The notes: generated by a model from the letters alone, not told the origin. Positions 17,255 to 32,070 are shown, numbered from the stretch's first letter. The stretch is 64,000 nucleotides of DNA from Dehalococcoidia bacterium (GCA_034422735.1 DAOUJL010000033.1:5012-69011); one strand, 5' to 3'. Made by a program: numbers and translations.

Positions 17255-18466
17255 ATGGCCGAGGGCGCCCTCTCGGACGTGAAGGTTCTGGACTTCACCC
17301 ACATGATCGCCGGCCCGTATTGCACCAAGCTGATGGCGGACTACGGCGCGGACGTTATCAAGGTCGAACGTCCCGACGGCGGGGATGGGACGAGAAGGCT
17401 TGGCCCGTTTCCCGGCGACGAGCCGCACCACGAGCGCAGTGGGCTGTTCCTTCACCTCAACACCAACAAGCGGGGCGTCTCTCTCGACCTCAAGACCTCC
17501 GACGGCAACCGCATCGCACGCCGGATGGCGGCGGACACCGACGTCGTGGTCGAGAGCTTCCGCCCCGGCGTCATGGCGAGCCTCGGCCTGGACTACGCCA
17601 CCCTCAGTGCCGACAACCCGGCACTGGTGTACACCTCAATCTCGAACTTCGGACAGACGGGGCCTTACCGTGACTTCAACGCGTCCGAGATCGTCCTGTA
17701 CGGTATGGGCGGCGAGATGTACTCCTCGGGTCTCGAAGACAGGGAGCCGATCAAGCTAGGCGGCACAATGGTCCAGTACCAAGCCGGCGCGGCAGCAGCC
17801 GTCGCGACGATGGGCGCACTGTTCGCCGCCCAGGCTTCGGGCCAGGGTCAGCACGTCGACGTCTCGATCATGGAGACCCAGGTCGGCTCGATAGACCGCC
17901 GCATGAGCACGCTGATCGCCTACCAGTACACCGGCGAGATAAGCAAGAGGATCCCTTTCGGCGTCATGGGCTATCCCATCGGCGTCTACCCGTGCGCCGA
18001 CGGCTATGTGGAGCTTACCGGCGGCATCGTCTACTTCGACAGGGTAATCGAGATGCTGGGCAGACCCGCCATGTTCGACGATCCCAAGTGGCACGCCCCG
18101 GAGGCGCAGACCGACCCGGACCTGAGAGAGGAGTTTGACGAGTTCTTCATCCCGTGGTGTCTGGAGCGCACCAAGTACGAGATATGGTGCGCCGCCCAGG
18201 ATGCGCGTGTGCTCAGCGGCCCTATCAACACGATGGAGGACCTCGCGGGCGACCCCAATTTCAACGAAAGGGGCGCATTCGCCGAGTTCGACCACCCCAG
18301 CGCGGGCCGGCTTGCCTATCCCGGTCGACCCTTCGTCATGGAGCGGACGCCCTGGGCCGCGCGCATGGCCGCGCCGCTGCTGGGCCAGCACAACGCCGAC
18401 GTGTTCGGCGAATTGGGATACGACCGCGCCGCGCTGGTTCGGCTGCGCGAAACGGGCGCAATCTAG
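17255..18466 (+). CDS. CoA-transferase family III (CaiB/BaiF-like)
   Basis: 403 aa. VKVLDFTHMIAGPYCTKLMADYGADVIKVERPDGGD is the canonical N-terminus of the family. Confidence 0.88.
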   Translation: MAEGALSDVKVLDFTHMIAGPYCTKLMADYGADVIKVERPDGGDGTRRLGPFPGDEPHHERSGLFLHLNTNKRGVSLDLKTSDGNRIARRMAADTDVVVESFRPGVMASLGLDYATLSADNPALVYTSISNFGQTGPYRDFNASEIVLYGMGGEMYSSGLEDREPIKLGGTMVQYQAGAAAAVATMGALFAAQASGQGQHVDVSIMETQVGSIDRRMSTLIAYQYTGEISKRIPFGVMGYPIGVYPCADGYVELTGGIVYFDRVIEMLGRPAMFDDPKWHAPEAQTDPDLREEFDEFFIPWCLERTKYEIWCAAQDARVLSGPINTMEDLAGDPNFNERGAFAEFDHPSAGRLAYPGRPFVMERTPWAARMAAPLLGQHNADVFGELGYDRAALVRLRETGAI

Positions 18467-18477
18467 GGGCGCCGCCT

Positions 18478-19764
18478 ATGCCTGGACTGCCACTGGCAGG
18501 CGTTCGAGTACTGGACATGACGGTCGTATGGGCCGGCACGTACTGCGCGACGCTGCTCGCCGACCTCGGAGCCGAGGTCATTCGCGTCGAGTCGACCAGG
18601 CACCCCGCCCCTCTCACCAGGGGCGCGATGGCCCACCCGACTGAGGAACTGGTAAAGGACTCGCCTCCGATGTTCGGCGGTATGCCCGGCCGCGTGCCGG
18701 GACGCCGCCCCTGGAATCGCTTTCCCGTCTTCAACGCCCACGGCCGCAACAAGCTGAGCATGACGGTGGACCTGCTCAAATCGAGCGGCAAAGAGATCTT
18801 CAACAGCCTCGTCCGGATCAGCGACGTATTCGTCGAAAACAACGTGACTGAGACGATGGACAAGCTCGGTATCTCCTACGAGGGACTGCGGGAACTGCGC
18901 GCGGACATTGTCACGCTCAGGATGCCCGCGTACGGCAGCACCGGGCGCTACAGGAACTTCCGCTCGCTAGGCATTCACATGGAGGGCACGGTAGGACATT
19001 CCCTGCTGCGCGGTTACGCCGACATGGACCCCTCCGCCAACACCCAGGTGTACGTCGCCGACGCCGCAGCGGGCGCGCAGGGCGCCTTCGCCGTGCTCAC
19101 AGCCTTGCACCACCGCCGGCGCACGGGCGAGGGACAGCTAATCGAGCTGGCGCAGGCCGAGAACGTCGCCCCATTCCTGGGCCAGTTCTTCATGGACTAC
19201 TCGATGAACAGTCGCAGCGGTTCCACTATCGGGAATCGCCACCCTTACGCCATTCAGGGCTGCTACCCGTGCAAGGGCGAAGACCGCTGGGTTACGATCA
19301 CCATTTTCGACGACGCCGACTGGGCCGCCTTTCGCGCGGCAATCGGATCGCCGGAGTGGGCGGAAGACCCGCGCTTCGACACCCAGCACGGTCGTTACCA
19401 AGCCCACGACGAGCTCGACACGCGCATAGCGGAGTGGACGAGTGAGCGCGTCCACTACGAAGCCATGAACACCCTCCAACAGGCGGGCGTGGCCGCTGGC
19501 GCGGTGATGGACCAGGCCGACGCCTACTCCGATCCGCACCTCGCGGAGCGCGGCGCCTTCGAAGAGGCGTACCAGGAAGACGTGGGCACACACCTGTACC
19601 CCGGCGCTCCGTACAAGTTGTCCCGGACTCCCCTCCGGATCCGGCGCGGGCCGGTGCGGCTGGGTGAGGACAACGAGTACGTCTACAAGCAGCTACTCAA
19701 CATCCCGAACGAGCGGTACGCCGAACTCGAACGCGAAGGCCACATCGGCATGGACTACGAGTAG
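18478..19764 (+). CDS. CoA-transferase family III (CaiB/BaiF-like), second paralogue
   Basis: 428 aa from ATG 18478 (MPGLPLAGVRVLDMTVVWAGTYCATLLADLGAEVIRVES). The ORF-track N-terminal extension overlaps the previous gene. Confidence 0.85.
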   Translation: MPGLPLAGVRVLDMTVVWAGTYCATLLADLGAEVIRVESTRHPAPLTRGAMAHPTEELVKDSPPMFGGMPGRVPGRRPWNRFPVFNAHGRNKLSMTVDLLKSSGKEIFNSLVRISDVFVENNVTETMDKLGISYEGLRELRADIVTLRMPAYGSTGRYRNFRSLGIHMEGTVGHSLLRGYADMDPSANTQVYVADAAAGAQGAFAVLTALHHRRRTGEGQLIELAQAENVAPFLGQFFMDYSMNSRSGSTIGNRHPYAIQGCYPCKGEDRWVTITIFDDADWAAFRAAIGSPEWAEDPRFDTQHGRYQAHDELDTRIAEWTSERVHYEAMNTLQQAGVAAGAVMDQADAYSDPHLAERGAFEEAYQEDVGTHLYPGAPYKLSRTPLRIRRGPVRLGEDNEYVYKQLLNIPNERYAELEREGHIGMDYE

Positions 19765-19774
19765 GAGTGGTAGC

Positions 19775-21154
19775 CTACACCACCGGCCAGCGCGGCGCAT
19801 AGGACACCCCGGTGCGTTCCATCAGCCCGGCGCCGATCCGCTGGACCCGCTGAATCAGCTCCCACTCGTCCACGAACAGCGCCTTGTGGTTCTCCACCAC
19901 GACTCGACCGTCCACGATCACCGTGTGAACGCTGCGTCCGTCTGCGCTGTAGACCAGGTTGTTCACAGGATTGAAGAGCGTGCGCCATTCCGGTCGGCGC
20001 GTGTCGAACAGCACCAGGTCGGCCTTCTTCCCAACCTCGATGGACCCGGTGTCGGCGCCCAGCCCCATCGCCCGCGCCGACCCCAGCGTCGCCAACTCCA
20101 CCGCGGTCTCCGCCGGCACCATCGCCACATCCTGCCTGCCGTCCTTGTACAGCACGGCGGCCAGGTACATCGAGCGCATAGTTTCCAGCAGGTTCGAGTT
20201 ATTGCCTGCGTCGGTCCCCAACCCTACGGTTATGCCCCTCTCCAGCATCTCCGGCAGTTTCGCGGTGCGCGTCATGCCGGACCCGCCCTTGATTGCAGCG
20301 GTGGGGCACATCACAATGCTCGCTCCGCTCCGAGCGATGCTGTCCAACTCCGCGTCGTCCAGGCCGAGCCCGTGCGCCAGCGTAACGTTGTCTCCCAGTA
20401 CACCCAATCGCTCCAGCCGCTCCGTCGGCGTCACACCACGCGCCGAAATCGAGGCCGCTCTTGCGTCCGGCCCCGTGCTGTGGTGCAGCGTCAGCCCAGT
20501 CTGCCGGTCGTCGGCGAGCCGTTTCGCGGCAGTAAGCAGCTCGTCTGAGGCGTATTCCGCCGAGAACGGCATGGCCCACGCCCGCACGCGGCCGTCCAGG
20601 GCGCCGTCGAACTCCTCCACCGCCGAACGCATCACGCCCTCGGCCTCAGACGTGGAGTACACCGGCACGTTCAGCGGATTGGGCATATCGGTGACCTGCG
20701 CCCCCACTACGATGCGGCAGCCCGACTCCTCGTAGGCCCTCATGCAGGCGTCCACGTGCTTGGTGCTGCCGGGGTCGAGAAGAGTGGTCGTGCCGTACTT
20801 GAGAAGCTCGGTGATGGCCAGCAGCGACGTGTAGTACTCCTCCTCGGGAGTCATCGCCGATTGCAGCCGGAACACGTTGGGAAGATACGCACGGCCCAGG
20901 TCGTCCGGGAAGATGCCCCGCGTGGCGTGGGCGTAGCTGATGTGCATGTGGCCGTTGCCGAACCCCGGCGTAATCACCATCTCGCTGGCGTCGATGGTGC
21001 GGTCGGCGTGGACGCCCCGCAGGTCGGCGCTCTTGCCCACGCGAGAGATGCGGCTCCCCTCCACCACGATTGCGCCGTCGGCCACGATCCGCCGCTCGGC
21101 GTCGAGCGTCAGGACAAACCGGGCGTTGTCTATCTTGAGAGTTGGCTCAGACAA
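19775..21154 (-). CDS. amidohydrolase family protein (TRZ/ATZ / aminohydrolase-like)
   Basis: 459 aa. ...ITPGFGNGHMHISYAHATRG (HxH metal site), ...HHSTGPDA..., GLGTDAGNNSN. Confidence 0.8.
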   Translation of the reverse strand: MSEPTLKIDNARFVLTLDAERRIVADGAIVVEGSRISRVGKSADLRGVHADRTIDASEMVITPGFGNGHMHISYAHATRGIFPDDLGRAYLPNVFRLQSAMTPEEEYYTSLLAITELLKYGTTTLLDPGSTKHVDACMRAYEESGCRIVVGAQVTDMPNPLNVPVYSTSEAEGVMRSAVEEFDGALDGRVRAWAMPFSAEYASDELLTAAKRLADDRQTGLTLHHSTGPDARAASISARGVTPTERLERLGVLGDNVTLAHGLGLDDAELDSIARSGASIVMCPTAAIKGGSGMTRTAKLPEMLERGITVGLGTDAGNNSNLLETMRSMYLAAVLYKDGRQDVAMVPAETAVELATLGSARAMGLGADTGSIEVGKKADLVLFDTRRPEWRTLFNPVNNLVYSADGRSVHTVIVDGRVVVENHKALFVDEWELIQRVQRIGAGLMERTGVSYAPRWPVV

Positions 21155-21169
21155 GGCGCCACCTCCGAG

Positions 21170-22617
21170 TTATGCCAGCACGCGCGGCAGCCGGGTGCTC
21201 CCCATCAGGTAGCGGTCGATGCCGCGTGCCGCCTCTCTGCCCTCCGCGAGAGCCCACACGACCAGCGACTGGCCTCGTGACATGTCGCCCGCCGTGAACA
21301 CGCCCTCGACGTTCGTCATCATGTCGGCGTCTCTGCCCACGTTGCCGCGGGGATCCAAAGCCAGGCCCAGGTCGGTAGTAATGTCGCCGTGCTCCGGGTG
21401 CAGGAAGCCCATCGCCAACAACACCAGGTCCACGTCCAGGGCGAAGTCGCTGCCCGGCACCTCGAGCATGGCCGGCCGGCCCGTGTCGTCGGGAGGCCCC
21501 CACTCAAGCCTCACCCCGTTCAGTTTCTCCACCTTGCCCGACCCGGTGAAACTCCTGGTCAAGATGTTGTAGTCGCGAACGCCGCCTTCCTCATGTGAGG
21601 AAGAGGTGCGCAGTATGGCCGACCACTGCGGCCACGGGTTGTCAGGACGCCGCTCGACGGGCGGCTCAGGCAGCAACTCGAGCTGATAGACTATCTCGGC
21701 GCCCTGCCGATGCGCCGTTCCCAGACAGTCCGACCCGGTGTCGCCGCCGCCTAAGATAACCACGCGCTTGCCCTCGGCCGTGATGCGCTCGTCCGGGTCA
21801 ACGTGCTGCCCGGCGATTAACCTATTCTGCTGCGTCAGGTAGTCCATCGCGAAGTGCACGCCGTCAAGCTCGCGCCCTGGCACGGGCAGGTCACGCGGAA
21901 TCGTCGACCCGCCGGCGAGCAACAGCGCGTCGTAGCCGTCCCTCAGTTCGGAGATAGCGCAGTCCCGGCCCACGTAAACGCCCGTCCTGAACTCCACGCC
22001 CTCGTCGGCCATCTGGTCCACGCGGCGCTGTACGACGTACTTTTCCAGTTTGAAGTCCGGGATGCCGAGCCTGAGCAGGCCGCCCACGACCTCGTCGCGC
22101 TCGAATACAGTCACCCTGTGGCCGCTGGCGTTGAGTTGCTGCGCGGCCGCCAGCCCTGCCGGGCCCGACCCTACGACCGCAACTGTTCTTCCGGTGCGGG
22201 TCTTTGGCGGGTTCGGCTTGATCCATCCCTCGGCCCAGCCCCGGTCGGCGATCGATTTCTCGATGTGTTCGATTGTCACCGGGTCTTGGTTGATGGAGAG
22301 CACGCACGAAACCTCGCACGGCGCGGGACAAATGCGCCCCGTGAACTCCGGAAAGGCGTTGGTCTTATGCAGGGCGTCGAGCGCCTCACGCCACCGGCCC
22401 CTGTACACGTGGTCGTTCCAGTCCGGAATCAGGTTGCCCAGCGGACAGCCCATGTGGCAGAACGGAACCGAGCAGTTCATGCAGCGCGAACCCTGTTCAC
22501 GCGCCTGCTCCTCGCTCCACTTGTGGTAAATCTCGCCGAAGTGACGAATGCGCTCGCTTGCGGCGGCGCTCGGTATCGGCATCCGCCCGCTCTCTTTGAA
22601 CCCGGTGACTTTGCCCA

Positions 22618-22618
<1 letters not shown>
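21170..22618 (-). CDS. gltD: glutamate synthase small subunit (NAD(P)H-dependent)
   Basis: 482 aa. Fe-S Cys cluster CMNCSVPFCHMGCPLGN, FAD/NAD folds VAVVGSGPAGLAAA and VVILGGGDTGSDC. Confidence 0.92.
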
Positions 22619-27138
<4,520 letters not shown>

Positions 27139-27206
27139 AGCACGCTTTTCTCGGTATGAATGGTGAATGGGAAAGTGCCTGGGGAACGGAACGCCGCACC
27201 GCCCAA

Positions 27207-27235
27207 AACATAGCAGTTTGTGAAATATGTGTCAA
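27207..27235 (-). promoter_or_regulatory. sigma70-type promoter of gltBD
   Basis: Minus strand: -35 TTGACA (27235..27230), 17-nt spacer, -10 TATGTT (27212..27207), about 65 nt upstream of ATG 27138. Confidence 0.55.
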
Positions 27236-27400
27236 ATGGATATTCGATGCTGACGTCGTACAAATCCAACCCGACACTCAGGTCGAAACCGGCGTCCCGC
27301 GTCGCTTCCCACGGGTTGCCATGCGTCTGCGGGTGTTGTAGCTTGTCCCCATACCAAAGCGCTCGTTAAGTCCCACGGGCGCGGCAGTCGGGAGGGCGGC

Positions 27401-27784
27401 TTGGACAGGCTCATCAGCTTCGATATAGACGGCACGCTCGAAACGGGCAACCCGCCCGGCCTGATAACCATGCACATGGTCCGCCAGATCCAGGCGCACG
27501 GCTACATCGTCGGAAGCTGCTCAGACCGCCCTATCAGCGCCCAGCAGCGCATGTGGGAGGAACACGGCATCGCGGTGGACTTTACCGTGCTGAAGCACAG
27601 GCTCGACGGGGTGAAGGCACAGTTCGCCGCTGACGAGTACTACCACGTCGGCGATACCGAGGTCGACCGCCATTACGCCGGGCTGTCGGGGTTCGCGTTC
27701 ATCCCGGTCCAGGGTGTTTCGCCCGACGTTGGCTGGCTTCCTCACCTTGTCCACGTCCACGAAGAAAACGGAGGTGCACCATGA
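27401..27784 (+). CDS. small HAD-like hydrolase
   Basis: 127 aa. TTG start with GGAGGG 5 nt upstream. Motif I ISFDIDGTLE and later ...YYHVGDTEVD. ATGA overlap with the next gene. Confidence 0.6.
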   Translation: MDRLISFDIDGTLETGNPPGLITMHMVRQIQAHGYIVGSCSDRPISAQQRMWEEHGIAVDFTVLKHRLDGVKAQFAADEYYHVGDTEVDRHYAGLSGFAFIPVQGVSPDVGWLPHLVHVHEENGGAP

Positions 27785-28716
27785 CACTGAAACTGGGAAT
27801 CCACACCGGGCAGCAGGAGTGTTCCTACGACGACCTGCGCCGCGTCTGGCGCCTTGCCGACTCCACCGGCTTCTACTGGGTCTCCATCTGGGACCACTTC
27901 TACGAGCAGCCGATGCGGGATTCCAAGGGCGACTGCTTCGAGGGCGTGGCCATAATGAGCGCCCTTGCCGCCGAAACCACCAACGTCCGCGTCGGCTCGC
28001 TGGTGTTCGGCATGGCCTACCGCTACCCGGCGGTGCTCGCCAAGGCGGCCGCGACCGTTGACCACGTGAGCGGCGGCCGGCTGGAGCTGGGTCTGGGCGC
28101 CGGCTGGTATGAGCTGGAGCACACCACGTTCGGCATTCCCTTCCTTCCCGTCCGCGACCGCATGGACGTCATGGAGGAGGGCGTACAGATCATCAAGACG
28201 CTTCTGACGGAGGGGTCAGTGACCTTCGAGGGCAAGCACTTCCAGCTAGAGAACGCCAACTGTTTTCCCATGCCGGTGCAGCGTCCGCCCCGCGTCTGGG
28301 TCGGCGGGCGCGGCGAGCGGCGCACGCTGCGGATCGCGGCGCGCTACGCAGACGGCTGGAACGTGCCCTACATCTCGCCAGAGGAGTACGCCCACAAGAT
28401 TGGCGTGCTCGATCGATGGTGCGACGTCGAGGACCGCGATCCCGCGGACATCTCCCGCTCCGTGAACGTCGGATTCTGGATGGGCGTATCGGCCGCCGAC
28501 GCCGAGAGCGAGCGCCAGCGATTTCGCGCCCAGTACGGCGAGCGAGCCGACGAGCAGGCGGGCGGCCAGCTATTCGGCACCGCGAGCGAGGTGGTGGACC
28601 GCATCGGCGAATACGCCGACGCCGGCGCCGAGGGCCTGAACATCGCCCTGCGCGCACCCTTCAACTTCGAGGCGCTGCAGGCCTTCGCCGAAGAGGTGCT
28701 GCCGGCCTTCAGGTAG
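27781..28716 (+). CDS. luciferase-like monooxygenase (LLM) family, probably F420-dependent oxidoreductase
   Basis: 311 aa. ...FYWVSIWDHFY..., GGRLELGLGAGW, typical LLM TIM-barrel motifs. Confidence 0.8.
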   Translation: MTLKLGIHTGQQECSYDDLRRVWRLADSTGFYWVSIWDHFYEQPMRDSKGDCFEGVAIMSALAAETTNVRVGSLVFGMAYRYPAVLAKAAATVDHVSGGRLELGLGAGWYELEHTTFGIPFLPVRDRMDVMEEGVQIIKTLLTEGSVTFEGKHFQLENANCFPMPVQRPPRVWVGGRGERRTLRIAARYADGWNVPYISPEEYAHKIGVLDRWCDVEDRDPADISRSVNVGFWMGVSAADAESERQRFRAQYGERADEQAGGQLFGTASEVVDRIGEYADAGAEGLNIALRAPFNFEALQAFAEEVLPAFR

Positions 28717-28791
28717 GGCGCCTGTCGTGAGGTCAACTCCTCGTTGACTGAGGAAGTGGCGCACAGGCGGACCGGGTGGCTAAGACACGAC

Positions 28792-28818
28792 GGGGACCGA
28801 GAGCGAGTCTCGGTCCCC
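28792..28818. terminator. bidirectional terminator hairpin between convergent genes
   Basis: GGGGACCGAGA-GCGAG-TCTCGGTCCCC, an 11-bp perfect stem, between the LLM stop (28716) and the NHL stop (28841). Confidence 0.6.
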
Positions 28819-28840
28819 GATCTCTGGCCGACAGTTCTTC

Positions 28841-29848
28841 TTACAGGTTGAACTGCGGGTCCATGTAGTCCTTCTCTTTGACGTACACCTGCAGACGGCC
28901 GCGCGTGCTGTCGGTGACGATGATGCGGTCCTGGTCGTCGACGGCGATTCCCACCGGGCGGTTGAAGCGGCCCATCGGCGTGATGTCCTCCACACGCCTG
29001 TAGGCCTTCGTGACGTCCGGGTTGGCCTCCACGACCTCTTTGGCCCAGTTCGAAAACTCGGTGGCGTCGCCGTACAGCGCCGTTATCACGTCGCCTTCCG
29101 GGCCGAATATCTGCACGCGCAGGTTGCCCCAGTCGACCACGTAAACGTCGCCCTCGGAGTCCACCGCGACGTCGGACGGGTGGTCCAGCTCACCGCCGTC
29201 CTCGCGCCCGCCGCCTCCAAAGCTCAGCAGGAACTCTCCGTCCGCGCTGAACTTCTGGACCCTGTCGTTGCCCCAGTCGGCGACGTACACGTTGCCGTCG
29301 CTGTCCAGCGCGATGCCCCACGGCTTGGAGAGTTGTCCGTTGCCGCCGCCGGAAGAGCCGAACGATGACAGAAAATCGCCGCCCTTCGAGAACTTCTGCA
29401 CCCTGTCGTTGCCCGCGTCCACCACGTACAGGTTGTCGTCCGCGTCGAACGCAAGGCCGGCCGGGCCGCGCATCAGGCCCTCGTCGCTACCCTCATCGCC
29501 CCACTGGCCTACAGTCTGCCCGTCCTCGTCAAACACCACGATGGAGTTTGAGTGCTCGTCAGAGCAGTACAGGTTGCCCTCGCCATCGACCGCCAGGCCT
29601 ACCGGCCAGACGAACTGCTCGCGACCGAAGTCGCCTATGAACTGCTGGTCGATGGTGAGCTTGCCGATTCGCTTGTTGGGCGCCACTACTCCGCCGGCCC
29701 CTTCCTGGCCCCGGCTGAGCACGTAGAGCACGCCCTCCGGGGCGGTGGCTACCGCCACGGGCTGCGTGAACCCGTTGCCCGCGGCTGCGTTGCGGCCGAC
29801 GGCGTGGCTGAAGCTCCAGGTCCTGCCGGCAACAGTTGTCGTTAGCAT
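28841..29848 (-). CDS. NHL-repeat beta-propeller protein
   Basis: About 335 aa from ATG 29848, with GGGGGA 6 nt upstream (a TTG at 29863 is also possible). Six repeats with ...YV(A/V)D.GNDRVQKF.... No signal peptide seen. Confidence 0.8.
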   Translation of the reverse strand: MLTTTVAGRTWSFSHAVGRNAAAGNGFTQPVAVATAPEGVLYVLSRGQEGAGGVVAPNKRIGKLTIDQQFIGDFGREQFVWPVGLAVDGEGNLYCSDEHSNSIVVFDEDGQTVGQWGDEGSDEGLMRGPAGLAFDADDNLYVVDAGNDRVQKFSKGGDFLSSFGSSGGGNGQLSKPWGIALDSDGNVYVADWGNDRVQKFSADGEFLLSFGGGGREDGGELDHPSDVAVDSEGDVYVVDWGNLRVQIFGPEGDVITALYGDATEFSNWAKEVVEANPDVTKAYRRVEDITPMGRFNRPVGIAVDDQDRIIVTDSTRGRLQVYVKEKDYMDPQFNL

Positions 29849-29889
29849 GTCGAATCCCCCCAATATGGTTGCAGGCCGCGGTGGAAATC

Positions 29890-31302
29890 CTAGCCGAACT
29901 GGTACTCCCTGGTTGCGGCGATGAGCGCCAGCGTCTCGCCCACACGCCTCGACGACTTCGCGTAGTCCGCGTCCGTCGCCCAGGAGATCGCGCCCTCGGA
30001 CTCCACGTTCGTGACCAGCTCCGCCTTTGTCGACTCGGCGACCTCAATCGGTCCCATCAGGTCCAGGCAGTGGTCGACCAGCGCCTCGGCGCTCATAGAC
30101 TGCCCGTTGGAACCGGCTATCCGGCGGATCATGCTCTGCACCCCCGGAAGCTCGACGTCGTTCACCCGGTCGGCCACGAAGTTCACGCGCTTGACCAGCG
30201 AGCCGCTGTTGATCCACTCCTTGCCGGTGTGCCAGCCCTCCACGCTGGGCGGGTCCAGTATCTCCTGGCCCATGTAGCCGGGCTCCTTGGAGAGCGCCTC
30301 CAGCCTCGGGTCCACTCCCAGGCCGTCCTGCGTCATCCGCAGCGTGCCGACTACGACTTCGACGGGGCTCTTGACCTTCTGGTACATCGCCTCCTTGAAG
30401 AAGTCGGAGTTGAACAGCGTCCGCAGCACCGGCCGTATCTCGTAGCCGGAGTCGACGAACACCTTGGAGAGCAGCTTGATGGCCTCGGGGTCTCGCGGTT
30501 CTTCAATGTCCCACGCGGGCACCTGCGGCTCGTCGGCGACGAAGAAGTTGTACAGGTGGCGGGAGATGAACCGCGGGCACGCCTCCTGCTGGAGGATGAT
30601 GTCGATGATGTCCTCGCCGTCGAAGTTGCCCGTCTGACCCAGGAACGTCTTCTCGCTGAAGTCGTGGTCCTCGGCCCTGAACTCGAACGACCAGGGGTGC
30701 CTGCCGTAGGGATACCGCGGCATCTTTGCCGAGATAGTCCAGCCGGTGAAGGCGCGGGAGCACTCGAACACGTCGGTCTCGGTGTAGTTGCCCACGCCTA
30801 GGGAGAAGAGCTCGAGCAGTTCACGTCCCCAGTTCTCGTTGGGGGCGTTCTTGTGGTTTTCGTTGTTATCCAGCCAGAAGATCATGGCCGGGTTGCTCGC
30901 CAGCTTCACCAGCAGGTCGCGGTAGTTGCCCATGCCGCTCTCGCGGAACATGCGAATCTGCTCGATCAGGTGGTTGCAGTTGTCCACCTTGCCGTTGCCG
31001 GTGGCGAACACCTGGTGCCAGAACAGCGCCATCTTCTCTTCGAGAGGTCGCTGGGTGTTCAGCAGATGGTATAGCCAATAAGCCTGGCCCGGGCCAACCG
31101 CTCCTCCCGGCATCTCGGTGATGGGATGATGCCTGAACAGCGTGTACTCGTCTGTTGGGGCCTGCGCGTCCACGTCCAGCAACTCCTCGACGGTGGCCTC
31201 GTAGCCCTTCTCTACCCTTGCCTCGATCTCCTCACGTGTCGCGCCGAATCCGGCACGCCGCATCAGGTGAGACATAAGGGCGATGTCTTCTCTGTTGGCC
31301 AT
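29890..31302 (-). CDS. DUF1800-family protein
   Basis: 470 aa from ATG 31302, with GGAGGAG 6 nt upstream. MANREDIALMSHLMRRAGFGATREEIEA... is the characteristic DUF1800 N-terminus. The ORF-track 581-aa version is an unsupported extension. Confidence 0.75.
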   Translation of the reverse strand: MANREDIALMSHLMRRAGFGATREEIEARVEKGYEATVEELLDVDAQAPTDEYTLFRHHPITEMPGGAVGPGQAYWLYHLLNTQRPLEEKMALFWHQVFATGNGKVDNCNHLIEQIRMFRESGMGNYRDLLVKLASNPAMIFWLDNNENHKNAPNENWGRELLELFSLGVGNYTETDVFECSRAFTGWTISAKMPRYPYGRHPWSFEFRAEDHDFSEKTFLGQTGNFDGEDIIDIILQQEACPRFISRHLYNFFVADEPQVPAWDIEEPRDPEAIKLLSKVFVDSGYEIRPVLRTLFNSDFFKEAMYQKVKSPVEVVVGTLRMTQDGLGVDPRLEALSKEPGYMGQEILDPPSVEGWHTGKEWINSGSLVKRVNFVADRVNDVELPGVQSMIRRIAGSNGQSMSAEALVDHCLDLMGPIEVAESTKAELVTNVESEGAISWATDADYAKSSRRVGETLALIAATREYQFG

Positions 31303-31883
31303 CGGTTCTCCTCCTTTCGCATTTTGCGCCGCCTCATTCTGACGACAACTCCACTTCAGGACGCCCGCGCCGCCGACATCGTTCCCCGCGGGACGGGTCG
31401 CTACGTCGTGGCGGTTGCCGCCAGCCTCAAAGTAGCAAACCGCCAATCCCTTGTCAAACCTGCCTGTGCTCCGAACAGTGCCCTTTCGTTTTCGCCTTTC
31501 CGGCCAGGAGTGCGGGTCCAGGATGCGGCCAATCCGAGCGGTGAATGCGCCCCTGGGAGTGGCTCTACGAAAAATCTGCGCGATTCTGCTACATTCCGCA
31601 CATTTCGTAGCTGGGCGGGCCGGTGTTATCGTCACTTTCTGTGAGGCAAGTTGTTAAGGTTCGTCACGCGAATTGCGCCGAATGTGACAGAATGCGACCC
31701 GTTCGACAGGCTCAGGGCAGGCTACGCCCCTACTCCACATCTGGCGGCAACAGCGCCTATGCTGTAGAAAGTAGCACGTGCGTGCTGTAGAATCAAGAGG
31801 GTGGTGCGTGCGCCGGTTTGTTGGCGCGAGGCGGGGTTACTTTACATAAGATGGCGGGAGTGGGGCTGGAGGTGGGAATTTTT

Positions 31884-31905
31884 GTGGCATGTGCGTGGCA
31901 TGTGC
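31884..31905 (+). repeat. 11-nt tandem duplication GTGGCATGTGC x2
   Basis: Read directly in the GT-rich non-coding region upstream of sodC. Confidence 0.8.
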
Positions 31906-31938
31906 ATGGCAGGTCCGAGATACCAGCGAGGCATGGAG

Positions 31939-32070
31939 GTGGCGTTTGGGTTACGCGGCTGGGAAGCTCTGGGACACAGTTCAGGGTGGGATTGCGCGGT
32001 GGTGGGAAGGGGTGTAGCTTTTGGGTTACGCGGTTGGGAAGGTATGGGGCACGAATTTTGGGGTGGACTC
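31939..32070 (+). repeat. about 1.75 copies of an imperfect 75-nt tandem repeat, G-tract rich
   Basis: The unit starts GTGGCGTTTGGGTTACGCGGCTGGGAAGCTCTGGGACAC... (31939) and repeats as GTAGCTTTTGGGTTACGCGGTTGGGAAGGTATGGGGCAC... (32014). Confidence 0.75.

Noticed and set aside
18154-18477. N-terminal extensions in the ORF track: 18154 for the second CoA-transferase, 54261 for ribF, 47849 for the TPR gene, 29890..31635 for DUF1800, 10564..11169 for the cupin
   Set aside because: The extensions overlap upstream genes or promoters and are Arg/Pro-rich. Family-typical N-termini begin at the internal starts given in the feature table.
27215-27235. TGTGAAATATGTGTCA in the gltB promoter as a CRP/FNR-type operator
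   Set aside because: The half-sites are direct, not inverted (TGTGA...TGTCA). The sequence coincides with the -35/spacer of the predicted promoter.
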